From an uncultured Candidatus Rokubacteria bacterium (GTDB lineage: Bacteria > Methylomirabilota > Methylomirabilia > Rokubacteriales > CSP1-6): a stretch of 64,000 bases of DNA. The stretch spans positions 96,001 to 160,000 of the forward strand of contig CAVWWD010000007.1 of the NCBI GenBank assembly GCA_963758635.1. The letters run 5' to 3'. Of the stretch, positions 1 through 10,143 are shown piece by piece; position 1 is the stretch's first letter; every line of letters begins with the position of its first letter. The notes under the pieces are model-generated. The model did no database searches and was not told the origin of the DNA. It saw only the letters and a list, made by a program, of their open reading frames with translations. The position numbers were made by a program, and so were the translations under genes.

Positions 1-551
1 CCGCCCGCCTGCTCTTCAAGGTCTCCGAGGTGACGCCGAAGGAGATGGTGCTCATCGACACCGACGAGGCCCTGGCCGAGCTCAAGGCGGGCCGCATCGA
101 CGCCATGTTCTACGTGGCCGGCTACCCGGTGAAGCTCTTCACCGAGCAGGTCACCGAGGCGGACGGCCTCGCGCTGGTTCCCATCCTCAACAAGAGCGTC
201 ACCGAGTTCTACCCGAGCGTCGAGATCCCGGCGAACACGTACGCCTGGCAGCCGACGCCGGTGAACACCGCGGCGGTCAAGGCGGTACTGGTGTCGTTCG
301 ATTTCCGTGGGCCGCACTGCGACCTCGTGGGCCGCTTCGCCCAGACCATCGCCGACAACATTGAGTGGCTGACGAAGAACGGTCACCCGAAGTGGAAGTC
401 CGTGGATCTCGAGTACCCGCTGAAGGGCTGGGAGCAGTACGACTGTGTCCGCAAGTACCTCCGGAAGCCCATCCCCGCCGCGGCAACCAAGCCGCGAAGC
501 ACCGAGACCAACCCCGTCATGGACGCCATCAAGGACATGCTGTCGAGATAG
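1..551 (+). CDS. TAXI-family TRAP solute-binding protein, C-terminal part (5'-truncated by window)
   Basis: LKAGRIDAMFYVAGYP, IPANTY and AVKAVLV motifs typical of TAXI proteins; frame open from window start. Confidence 0.7.
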   Translation, partial: ARLLFKVSEVTPKEMVLIDTDEALAELKAGRIDAMFYVAGYPVKLFTEQVTEADGLALVPILNKSVTEFYPSVEIPANTYAWQPTPVNTAAVKAVLVSFDFRGPHCDLVGRFAQTIADNIEWLTKNGHPKWKSVDLEYPLKGWEQYDCVRKYLRKPIPAAATKPRSTETNPVMDAIKDMLSR

Positions 552-593
552 CGCTGCGCTCGGAGCCGGCACATCACGCCGAGGAGGTCAGTA

Positions 594-2439
594 GTGACGG
601 AGCACACCAGACCGACCGTGACGAGGAAGCCCGATCAGCGGCTGTCCTGGAGCCCGGACGCAAAGGACGATCCGTGGACCGGACAGTCGCTCAAGGCGCG
701 ATACCAGTTATCCGGCCGGCTCCTGAGCGGCGCATCCGGCGACCTGTACCGCGCGCACGACGGCGAAACGGACGCGGACGTGACGATCAAGCTCCTGGCC
801 GGACACGCGAGCGCGAGCGACGACGTGCTGCCAGGGCTGCGAGATGAGCTCCTGGCGACCCGGGCCATCGCCCGGATCCGCCCCAACGTGGCGGTCGTGC
901 GCGACTGCGACCGGACGGAGGAGGGCCAATCGTTCGTGGTCATGGAGCCTCTCGAGGGACGAAACCTCGTCGACGTCGTTCGCCAGGAGGGGCCGCTGGG
1001 GGTCGAGCGTGCGCTCCGGCTGGCGTTGCAGGTCGCCGAGGGGCTTCAGGCCGCGCACAGCCTGGTGCTCGTCCACGGAGCGCTCGGAGCCGAGCACGTG
1101 CTGGTCGGCGCGCACGATGCGGTCAAGATCATCGGCTTCGAGGCGGCGAGGCTCGCCCCGCGCGGATCCAAGACGGGCGCGCCGCCGGATTCGCGGGGCG
1201 GAATCGTCGCCTTGCTCCCAGGTCAGGCAGGGGAGCTGAGCGAGCAAGCCGACGTGAAGGCCGTCGGTACCCTGCTCATCGACATGCTCACCGGTGACGC
1301 GGACCGAGGCCGCGAGACCCTTGCGGCTCGCGGCGCGGGCGTGCCCGCTGTCGAGATTCCTGCCTCGGTGAAGGCGCTGATCGCAGAGCTCCAGAGCCAC
1401 GCACCGGCACGCGAAGGCTTCGACATGACCGCGGTGGCGAACGCGTTGTGGATGGAGCTCCATCGGACGACCGAGCCCACCTTGACCCGTTTCCTGCGGC
1501 CCGCACGTGCCGCGTGGGATCGGCCACCATGGCGGGCGGCGACCGTGGGGGTCCTCGTCGGCGCGGGCGTCACGCTGGCGGGCTGGATCGCATACGGAGT
1601 GATCATCGGCGGGCTCTCGATCGCGACCGTGAGCCCCAGCAAGCCGGAGTCCGTGGACACGCGCGTTGCGTCGCCGGTCGTGCCAGCGGTGGGGTTGCCT
1701 GCTCCCGGTGGTCCATCGGCGGGGTCGAGTCAGAACACCATGGCAGTCACGCCCGCGACTCCGCCGGCTTCCTCGAGCGAGAATACCCCTACAGGGCATC
1801 TGGCCGCGTCATCGTCCGAGAAAATTCCAGTCGAGACGCATCCACGGGCGGCGTCGGAGAAGCCGGTCGTTCCTGGTCCGTCGGCGCGCGGATAGGCCGG
1901 TCGTTCCTGGCCCGTCGACGGTGTCGGAGAAGCCGGTCGTTGCTCGCCCGTCGACGGCGTCGGTGGCGACGCCTCCGGTGTCGACGGCTCCGAACTCGAC
2001 TCCTCCGGCTTCGACTCCTCCGGTCTCAGCGCGTGCGACTACCCCGACCTCGACTTCTCCGGTGACAAAGTCTTCGCTCCCTCCATTTCAGAGTCCTGTC
2101 GAGGCGGCGCGACCCGCGCCCGGCGCGGCGGCCGCTCGCCGTGTAACCGAAAGCAGCCCGCCGCCATCGAATCGGGCGTCGGGTCCGTCGGCGGCGTCTC
2201 CGTCTCCGGCGGCCGTCACCGCGCCACCGGTCGTGAAGTCTCCCGCACCGCCGGAACCGCCGGCCGTCACCGGACCAGCGGTGCCCGCGCCTTCCCCGAG
2301 ACCAGCAGCGAGCGCGCGCTCCGTGGAACCAGCGCCTGAACGCACACCGCCGCCCCCACGTCAGGAAGGGCGATCCGAGCCGGACCCCGGCGCGATCATC
2401 GACTGGCTCGTGAACGAGTATCCGCGCCAGCAACGTTGA
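594..2439 (+). CDS. Membrane-anchored Ser/Thr kinase-like protein (pseudokinase) with Pro/Ser-rich C-terminus; one frameshift near 1890
   Basis: Kinase subdomains RYQL..LYRAHD..VTIKLL and FVVMEPLEG; catalytic loop HGALGAEH; GFE instead of DFG; TM helix; ORFs 594-1895 and 1666-2439 join within an SEKPVVPGPS repeat. Confidence 0.7.
1852..1962 (+). repeat. Three imperfect ~36-nt tandem coding repeats (SEKPVVxxPS)
   Basis: gccggtcgttcctgg/gccggtcgttgctcg occurs three times. Confidence 0.65.
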
Positions 2440-2683
2440 CGGGGCGGGTTACATGCGTGGCGGGCCGCACTGCGCATCCGGATCGCCGGGTCGCGGGTGC
2501 GATGGCTTGTTGACATGATCACGACGTCGGCGCACCATTGGCGAGCCTCGTTCGGTCTCGAGGCGCTCCTGTCGGTCGCTACTGACTGGTGGGATTGGCT
2601 CGAGGGTCGAGGGAGCGCGCCATCGCGCGCGTGTGGTCGGGTCCGTCGCATCACACGGCCAAGGTCTGAGAAAGATAGGGGGT

Positions 2684-4496
2684 ATGGGACTCGAGCACGG
2701 GCGCGGGACGGCAGTCGCCGGGGGCCCTGACGCGTTTGGCTGCCGTCGTCGCGGAGGGAAGCAGTGGCCGGGAGCGAGCCGCCTCGGTCTGGCCGCCTTG
2801 GTCGTCGCCCTCGTCGCGGCAGTGCTCGCGAGCCCGTCGATCGCGGCGGCCGCGCTCTCCCTGACCTGGAGCGACAACTCGAGCAACGAGACCGGGTTCA
2901 AGATCGAGCGGAGAACCGGCACGACCGGCACCTTTGCTCAGGTCGCGACGACGGGGGCCAACGTCGCGAGCTACACCGACACGACCGCGGTCGCCGGCAC
3001 CACCTACTGCTACCGCGTGCGTGCCTACAACGCGGCTGGCAACTCGGCGTATACGCTCGAGCAGTGCGCGCCCGAGCCGGCGATGCCCACCGTCACGATC
3101 GTGGCGAACGACCCCACCGCGACCGAGGCGGGAGTGACCACGGGGGCGTTCACGGTGAGCCGCACCGGCTCCACGGCGGCCCCGCTCGCGGTGTCGTGGA
3201 GCATCAGCGGCACCGCGGTCGACAACATGGATCGTCTTCCCATGCCGGTCGGACCGACGATCCCGGCCGGGGCCAGCTCCGTGGTCGTCACGGTCGACGC
3301 CGCTCGACGATACGCTGGTCGAGGGCCCGGAGACGGTGATCGCCACCCTCACCGCGGGTCCCGGCTACACCGTCGGCAGTCCGAGCACCGCCACGGTCAC
3401 GATCGTCGACAACGACGTGGCCCTCCCCGTCGTGACGATCGTCGCGAGCGATGCCAGCGCGACCGAGACCGGCCCCACGACGGGCACCTTCACGATCAGC
3501 CGCACGGGCGCGACGGGGAGCGCGCTGACCGTGTTCTTCTCGGTGGCCGGCACGGCGGGCGCGTCGGACAGGCAGGCGCTTCCCGCCAGCGTGACCATCC
3601 CGGCGGGCGCGTCGTCGGCTCCGCTGGTCGTGACGCCCGTGGACGACAGCGTCGCGGAGGGCAACGAGACCGTGGTCGTGTCGCTCGGCTCGAGCGCCGC
3701 CTACGCGATCGGCACGCCGGCGAGCGCCACGGTCACGATCGTCGACAACGACACGCCGCTGCCCGTGGTCACGATCGTGGCCAGCGATCCGACGGCGACC
3801 GAGGCGGGCCCCACGACCGGGTCGTTCACGGTGAGCCGCACCGGCCCGACAACGTCCGCGCTCAACGTCGCGTGGACGATCACGGGAACGGCAGTCAAGA
3901 ACGTGGACCGTCTTCCCGTGCCGGCGGCCCCGACGATCCCGGCGGGGGCCAGCTCCGTGGTCATCACGGTGACGCCGCTCCCGGACACGCTCGTCGAGGG
4001 CAGCGAGACCATCACGGCCACGCTCGCCGCCAGCTCCGCCTACACGATCGGCAGCCCGGCGAGCGCGACGGTGACGATCGCCAGATGACTCGACCGGAGG
4101 AGGTGCGGGCGAGATCACCCTCGACAACGGCCAGCCGGGGACGAGTTTCACGGGCGTCTGGGCGGTCTCGATCGGGCCCAATCCCTTTGGCACGAACTCG
4201 CGGTACTCGAGCGGATCCGGGACGGACACGTATCGCTGGACGCCGACCATCCCGACCACGCGTAGCTACCGCGTGTACGTCTGGTGGACGTCCCACCCCA
4301 ACCGGTCGACTGCGGCCCAGTACACCGTCGTGCACGCGGGGGGACCTTCACGACGACGAGGAACCAGCAGTCGGGCGGCGGGCAGTGGCAGCTCCTCGGG
4401 ACCTTCCAGTTCAATGCCGGCACGGGCGGCCGCGTGCAGGTGTCGGATGTCAACGGGCAGGCGGCCGCGGACGCGGTGCGTCTGGTGCCGCAGTGA
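2684..4496 (+). CDS. Secreted modular protein: FN3 + 3 Calx-beta-like repeats + golvesin/Xly CBM-like C-terminal domain (frameshifts near 3300, 4085, 4345)
   Basis: Signal peptide; LTWSDNSSNETGFKIERR..YCYRVRAYN (FN3); three VTIVAxDxxATE..GxFTxSRTG units; YRWTPTIP..VYVWW..QWQLLGTFQF..ADAVRL tail; start position uncertain. Confidence 0.75.
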
Positions 4497-4558
4497 GCCG
4501 GCCGCGTTCAACGAGAGGTGCGGTGGACACGACGACCGGAGACGGACGGAGGGAGCGC

Positions 4559-5113
4559 ATGACTCGAGGACTCGTTGCGCTGATCGTGGGAGCGCTGATC
4601 GTGGGCGGGGGGCTCGAGCCGGCCTCGGGCTCCGGCCCAGACCTCGTGGTGGTGGCGACCGGAGCGGATGCCGCGGGGGAACCGATGACCCTCTCCTGTG
4701 GGATGGCCTTTGCCGCCGTGCCGTCGAACCGCTTTACGGGCGGATGTCAGATCAGCGTGGGACGGGACCATGTGCTGCTCGGGGGCATGGACGTCGACGG
4801 CGTCCCACTCCTCACCGTTGTCCTGAACGGCGGGCTCACGGTCCACGGCGTTGCCCAGGCAGGCTCGGGCCGCTTCCGCCAGGCCGCGACTGACGGGATC
4901 GCCGGGTTTCCGATGTTGATCGAGATCGATCCGTTGTCGCGGGCGTGGGTCATCCGAGGCGACGTGCCGGACGGCCTGCGCCAGACGATCAGCCGCGGGA
5001 CCCTGAACGACGGCGCGATCAACCTCGCGATGCCTGCGTCGGTGGCCCCGCGTGGCCCCGAGCGCGGTATCGGAGAGGAGGAGCCGACGCCACGAAGGCC
5101 GAGAGCGCGATGA
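4559..5113 (+). CDS. Hypothetical secreted protein
   Basis: ATG after GGAGGGAG; N-terminal hydrophobic segment (MTRGLVALIVGALIVGGG); beta-rich; no recognised family. Confidence 0.55.
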   Translation: MTRGLVALIVGALIVGGGLEPASGSGPDLVVVATGADAAGEPMTLSCGMAFAAVPSNRFTGGCQISVGRDHVLLGGMDVDGVPLLTVVLNGGLTVHGVAQAGSGRFRQAATDGIAGFPMLIEIDPLSRAWVIRGDVPDGLRQTISRGTLNDGAINLAMPASVAPRGPERGIGEEEPTPRRPRAR

Positions 5114-5178
5114 GCCGCTGATTCCGGAGTGACCGGTCGCGGCTATAGTTGTCGGAAGCCGATGGCAAGAACCCGCCC

Positions 5179-6540
5179 ATGAAAGGGCCTCTTTCAGCGC
5201 TGGCATCGATGACGGTCCTCGGGGCGATCATCGTGATCGCGCCGCCCGCCGGCATCGCCCAGCCTCGGGGTACACCCCCCGAATCCGCGTCGCCGCCGCC
5301 CGCGGAGGCGCCCGAGAAGCCCGGGATGCCGAGCCTGCCCGGCGAGCCAACCGTCACCTCGCCCTTTGGCCCTTTCGGCGCGTTCGGTCCCCTCGCCCCC
5401 GTCCTCCCGCCCGCGGTGCCCGGGACGGTCGGCCCGTCCGGTCTGTACCTGAGCACGACCTTCTCGGTCGAGGAGGAGTTCAACGACAACATCTTCTCCA
5501 CGTCGACCGGCCGCGAGTGGGACTTCATCACGCGGTTCACGCCGGGTCTCACGCTGGGCTACCGCTCCGAGCCCCTGACCGTCGAGGCCGGCTACGCGTT
5601 CTCCTCGGAGGTGTTCGCAAGGAACTCCGAGCTGAACGACGCGTTTGCGCGGCAGCTCGCCACCGCCACCGTGCGGTACCTTCCGACGCGGCTCCTCCGG
5701 ATCGGTCTGGCCGCGAGCTACCTCAAGACCAACGACGCAAACACTTTCCTGCCCCAGTTCTCGCCCGAGACGCGGCGCCAGATCGGTCGACAGACGGCCG
5801 AGGGGATCGACGCGTCCGGCACCATCGGCTACCAGTTCACCCCGCGCTTGTCGGGTGAGGCCACCTACCGGTGGGCGCGCCGTGAAGTCGAGGACGGGGC
5901 GACCGACACGTCCAACACCGGAAGCGTCGATTTGACATATCTGGTCACGCCCATCGACACGATCCTGGGCACGGTCGGGTTCGGCTTCTTCGACACCACC
6001 AGCAGCCCCACTCTGACTTCCCAGAACATCACAGACGAGATAACGTCGCAGTACGCGACCGCCGGGTGGAGGCGCCGCTTCACGCCGAACTTCGAAGGTA
6101 CCGCGCGGCTTGGGGTTCGCGTGAGCGAGACGCCCGACGTGTCCGTCAGCCCCGAGGCGGCCCTGACCCTGAACTACACCACGGCGACCGTGCTTTACTC
6201 GCTCTCCTACGCGCACACGGCGAGCCCCTCCCTGGGCGAAACGGGCCTGTTCACGGTTGACGCGTTGACCGGAGGCGTCACCTGGCAGGTGCTCCGGACT
6301 CTCAGGGCCGTCCTCGGTGCGACCGTCGCCCGGAGCGCCCCGATCGGAAGCAGCACGACTGGCAGCACGGCGATCACGTATGGTGTGACGGTGGGCATCA
6401 CCTACCAGGTGACCCGATGGGCCAGCGTGCGGGCCGGATACGTCTTCTACTACCAGGACGTCGAGGGGCAGGGCGACAACGTCATGCGCAATGTCTTCAC
6501 GATCGGCGTCGATCTGGGGGCTGGTCTCCGGATCTACTAG
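5179..6540 (+). CDS. Outer-membrane beta-barrel, polysaccharide export-associated (BBP2/EpsL-like)
   Basis: Signal peptide; EEEFNDNIF and DFITRFTPGL motifs; alternating amphipathic strands; directly upstream of OPX. Confidence 0.75.
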   Translation: MKGPLSALASMTVLGAIIVIAPPAGIAQPRGTPPESASPPPAEAPEKPGMPSLPGEPTVTSPFGPFGAFGPLAPVLPPAVPGTVGPSGLYLSTTFSVEEEFNDNIFSTSTGREWDFITRFTPGLTLGYRSEPLTVEAGYAFSSEVFARNSELNDAFARQLATATVRYLPTRLLRIGLAASYLKTNDANTFLPQFSPETRRQIGRQTAEGIDASGTIGYQFTPRLSGEATYRWARREVEDGATDTSNTGSVDLTYLVTPIDTILGTVGFGFFDTTSSPTLTSQNITDEITSQYATAGWRRRFTPNFEGTARLGVRVSETPDVSVSPEAALTLNYTTATVLYSLSYAHTASPSLGETGLFTVDALTGGVTWQVLRTLRAVLGATVARSAPIGSSTTGSTAITYGVTVGITYQVTRWASVRAGYVFYYQDVEGQGDNVMRNVFTIGVDLGAGLRIY

Positions 6541-6591
6541 CTCGTGGACGGTCGGGACCAGGCCGCGGACGCCTGGGAGAGGGAGCGGACG

Positions 6592-7206
6592 ATGCGGAGT
6601 CGGCGCACGGAAGGCAGGAGCGTGCCGCGAGCGGCGCTGTTCACGGTTCTGGCCGTGGTCATCATCGGAGCGGCGGTTGAGCCGTCGCGGGCCCAGCCGC
6701 AGCGAGAATCGGCCACGCCGCCCACGGACTATCGCATCGGGCCTCAGGACGTGGTCCAGGTACTCGTCTGGAAGAACGAGGCCATCAGCAAGACTGTCCC
6801 GGTGCGGCCGGACGGGATGATCTCTCTGCCGCTCGTGAACGACGTGAAGGCTGCCGGACTGACGACGCTCGAGCTGCGCGACGTGCTCCAGAAGAAGCTG
6901 ACCGAGTACATTCCGAATCCGGAAGTGTCGGTGATCGTGAGCGAGGTCCACAGCTACCTGGTCTCGGTGATCGGTGAAGTTCCCAAGCCCGGGCGGTACG
7001 AGCTCAAGAGCTGGACAACCGTCCTCAACGTCATCGCGCTGGCGGGGGGCTTCAGCCAGTTCGCCGATCGGAAGAGGATCGTGGTGCTTCGACAGCAGGA
7101 CGGCAAGGGTCTCAAGCGCATCCCGTTCAACTACAACAAGGTGGTCACCGGGGAGGATCAGGACAACTTCTTCGTCCTGCCCGGCGACGTAGTGCTCGTC
7201 CCGTGA
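6592..7206 (+). CDS. wza: Polysaccharide biosynthesis/export (OPX, Wza-like) protein, short form
   Basis: YRIGPQDVVQVLVW..VRPDGMISLPL Poly_export domain; GEVPKPGRY SLBB; ends PGDVVLVP. Confidence 0.9.
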   Translation: MRSRRTEGRSVPRAALFTVLAVVIIGAAVEPSRAQPQRESATPPTDYRIGPQDVVQVLVWKNEAISKTVPVRPDGMISLPLVNDVKAAGLTTLELRDVLQKKLTEYIPNPEVSVIVSEVHSYLVSVIGEVPKPGRYELKSWTTVLNVIALAGGFSQFADRKRIVVLRQQDGKGLKRIPFNYNKVVTGEDQDNFFVLPGDVVLVP

Positions 7207-7450
7207 CTGCGCTCCAGTAGCCCTTCAAAGCAGGTCGCCCGGACTCGCGGCCGGCGTCTGGTCGTTCCCCTTTCGTCCGGTGATGGCGATTTGTCACCGG
7301 GCGGCGTGCTCGGGATCAGTCCGTGGAAGCGGCGTGCCACGCGATGCGAACCACGAACGGCTGTATGCGCGAGGCGGCGCGCTCCGAAGCCCCGCTCTCG
7401 CATGTCCGGCCCTTGCCTGCCTCGCGGGGAGCGCCCCCGAAAAGTCCCGG

Positions 7451-7495
7451 TATGAAGCCAGGTGCCTATATGAAGCTCGGGTGCCTATATGAAAC
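7451..7495 (+). repeat. Intergenic direct repeat, 18-19 nt period (TATGAA x3; GGTGCCTATATGAA x2)
   Basis: GGTGCCTATATGAA at 7461 and 7480; TATGAA at 7451, 7469, 7488. Confidence 0.6.
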
Positions 7496-7767
7496 GGGAT
7501 GCGGCCCAGCGGTCTTTGGGAACAGGTCCTCTCCCAATTTCGGAGAGGACAACACGGGAATGGCGGCGTACCAGTACATGCCGTCTGCAGCCTGCCGAAA
7601 GTGGGCGTCGCAGTTGGCCCCATTTCCCCAAGACTTGCAGCGACTTGGAACAATTGGCGAAACACCGGACTCGATGGTGCCCTCCGGTCGATACGAGGTG
7701 CGGTTCGCCCCTTTCGGGCAGCAAGCGTCGCCCGAAATTTGAAGTCTCGTTCCGCTCCCCGCCCCCT

Positions 7768-7783
7768 GGGCACGTTCGTTGCT
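7768..7783 (+). promoter_or_regulatory. sigma54 -24/-12 promoter upstream of PCP gene
   Basis: GGGCACGTTCGTTGCT; GG(7769-70)-N10-GC(7781-82). Confidence 0.7.
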
Positions 7784-7905
7784 CGTGTTGCCGGCGTGCC
7801 CGGCGCCAGTGTCATGCCGGAGCGCAGTGAATCCGAGAGCCGATCGTGCCAAGGGGCTCATCCCGGTCTGCCCGATGGGCGGTGCGGGGAGGGCGCGGGA
7901 GTGAG

Positions 7906-9480
7906 ATGAGAGCAGACTCTGGTTTCGACGTCGCGCGGATGTGGGCCATCTGGCATCGACGAAAATGGCTCGCGATCATAGCCCTCGTGTTGCCCTTGAG
8001 CTTTGTCGTCAGCTTCCTCGTGGTTCTGCCGAGGATCTACCGGGCGACGGCGACGGTGTTGGTCGAGCGTCAGCTGGTTCCGGAAGAGTTCGTGCGCCCC
8101 ACAGTCACCAGCGGGGTCGAGACGCGGCTCCAGACCATCAGCCAGGACATCCTGAGTCGCGAGCGGCTGGAGGCGCTCATCAAGCGGTTCAATCTTTACG
8201 TGAAAGACAACCCTCGATACACGATGGAGGAACTGCTCGAGCGCACGCGCGATGACATCCAGGTCGAAATCAGATCAGCGGATTTCAGCCGGCGTGACAC
8301 TGCGATTGCATTCACGATCACGTACCGCGGGAAGGATCCCGCCACCGTCGTGAACGTGACAAACATGCTCGCCTTGACCTACGTCGAGGAGAATACGAAG
8401 GTCCGCACGCGGCAGGCGACGGAGACGGCCGAGTTCCTCAAGACCCAGCTCCAAGACCTGAAAAGGCGGCTCGAGGAGCAAGAGAAGCGCCTTGGGGAGT
8501 TCCGGCGGCGAAACATCGGCGCGCTGCCGCAGCAGATGGATGCCAATCTGGCCACCCTGGAGCGGCTCAACCTGCAGCTTCGACTCAACGGTGATGCTCT
8601 CGGTCGGGCTCACACCCGTCGAGAGTCACTCACGGCCGAGCTCGGTATTGTCACCCCCTCGGAGCCGGGCAAGGGCCCCGAGGTCGGCTCAGTGAGGCTT
8701 GTACGCCTTCGACAGGAGCTGCAGGAGGTCAAAACCCGATACACGGCGAAGCATCCAGACGTCGTTCGTCTGGAGACGGAGATCAGGCGGGTCGAGGCCG
8801 ACCTCGCAGCGGACCCGGCGAGCGGCCATAAGTCCACGGAGCGCGAGCTAATCGCGTCCGCGGATCCACAGGTTCGCCGCGTCCGGCAGTCCCTGACGGA
8901 GGCCGAGGCGGAGATCGCGAACCTCAAGAAGGAGGCTGCGTACGTTCGCGACTCCATCGCCACTTACCAGCGTCGGGTCGAGAGCACGCCGCAGAACGAG
9001 GGACAGTATCAGGAGCTCAGCCGGGACTATGACTCGACGAAGCAGCTCTACGCCACGCTGCTCAAGCGATTCGAGGATGCCCAGCTCGCGGAAACCATGG
9101 AATCGAAGCTCCAGGGCGAACAGTTCCGCATCATCGATCCGGCGATGGCTGCGCGCCCCGTGTCCCGACTGAAGATGGCGCTGGCCGCTCTCGCTCTGTC
9201 GATTGGCCTGGCCGTCGTCTCTGTGGTCCTGGCTGAGAGCATGGACAGCTCGTTCCACGCGATCGACGATCTCCGACAGTTCACCAGGGTACCGATCTTG
9301 GCGAGCATCTCCCGCATCGTCACCGAGGCCGACGTGAAGCGGACGCGCCAGCGCTTGCGTCTCGCTGCCGTGTCGGTGGTGGTCACGCTCCTGCTCATCG
9401 TGGCCGGCTCGTACGGGCTTGCCCACAATAACGAGCCGCTGGCCCGTCTGCTGACCATTGGACGGTCGACCGCACGGTAG
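7906..9480 (+). CDS. Polysaccharide co-polymerase / chain-length determinant (Wzc N-terminal type, no fused kinase)
   Basis: Two N/C TM regions plus coiled coil; YTAKHPDVV and FRIIDPA motifs; no Walker motifs. Confidence 0.88.
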   Translation: MRADSGFDVARMWAIWHRRKWLAIIALVLPLSFVVSFLVVLPRIYRATATVLVERQLVPEEFVRPTVTSGVETRLQTISQDILSRERLEALIKRFNLYVKDNPRYTMEELLERTRDDIQVEIRSADFSRRDTAIAFTITYRGKDPATVVNVTNMLALTYVEENTKVRTRQATETAEFLKTQLQDLKRRLEEQEKRLGEFRRRNIGALPQQMDANLATLERLNLQLRLNGDALGRAHTRRESLTAELGIVTPSEPGKGPEVGSVRLVRLRQELQEVKTRYTAKHPDVVRLETEIRRVEADLAADPASGHKSTERELIASADPQVRRVRQSLTEAEAEIANLKKEAAYVRDSIATYQRRVESTPQNEGQYQELSRDYDSTKQLYATLLKRFEDAQLAETMESKLQGEQFRIIDPAMAARPVSRLKMALAALALSIGLAVVSVVLAESMDSSFHAIDDLRQFTRVPILASISRIVTEADVKRTRQRLRLAAVSVVVTLLLIVAGSYGLAHNNEPLARLLTIGRSTAR

Positions 9481-9632
9481 AGCTTCGTCTTGCCCGCTCC
9501 TCACGAGGCCTCCTGCCGCAAAGTGCTTCAGTGACCGTGCAGGTCAAGGGCTGATTCGCTGCTTTGCGCCGCCCCCGTCCCTTCCTTCTGCTCGCGTGCC
9601 TGGAACGTGTTGGGCAGCCTCGCCCCACAGAA

Positions 9633-10082
9633 ATGCAAGCCAGTGGTGCCCTCGGATGCGCGAGAGATGTCCGAGCATACACGCGAAGACGGGTTCTCGC
9701 GTTAGCTGCAGGCGCCTGGGCTGCGCAGACTGGCCTGCTATGGGCGGGGCATCCCTCCAGCCGATTTGTCACCATCAACCCCGAATCACTCAAGGCCCTC
9801 ATGGAGAGCCAGCGGGCGCCGGTGCTCCTGGTCGATCTCCGTCCCGCCCGGGAATACCGCCGGGGCAGAATTCCCGGCGCCGTTTCGATGTCTGCCGAGG
9901 CTATCGAGCATCGCATCGGGGAGATCCCGCCCCTGACCGTCGTGGTGCTGTATTGTGCGTGTCCTCTCGACGACGTGACTCCTCTCTACGAGAGGCTGCG
10001 CAGCCGGGGCCACCGCAATCTCCTGGTTCTGCAGGACGGATTCCCGGGCTGGCAGGCCCGTGGCTACCCGGTCGAACAGTGA
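9633..10082 (+). CDS. Rhodanese-like domain protein (possible Tat signal)
   Basis: LVDLRPAREY..GRIPGA..VVLYCACP..LQDGFPGW..GYPVE; TRRRVL followed by hydrophobic stretch; start uncertain. Confidence 0.75.
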   Translation: MQASGALGCARDVRAYTRRRVLALAAGAWAAQTGLLWAGHPSSRFVTINPESLKALMESQRAPVLLVDLRPAREYRRGRIPGAVSMSAEAIEHRIGEIPPLTVVVLYCACPLDDVTPLYERLRSRGHRNLLVLQDGFPGWQARGYPVEQ

Positions 10083-10143
10083 CCAGCACACGGCTCTTCC
10101 GCCGAAAGGGGCGATGGGTTCGCAGTTCCGAAGAGGAGACGCG

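Noticed and set aside
2633..5113. 826-aa ORF as a single protein
   Set aside because: Middle is an off-frame reading of the Calx repeats; it artificially joins two genes
7207..7760. Small ORFs or a structured RNA in the wza-PCP spacer
   Set aside because: No recognisable protein motif or RNA family signature
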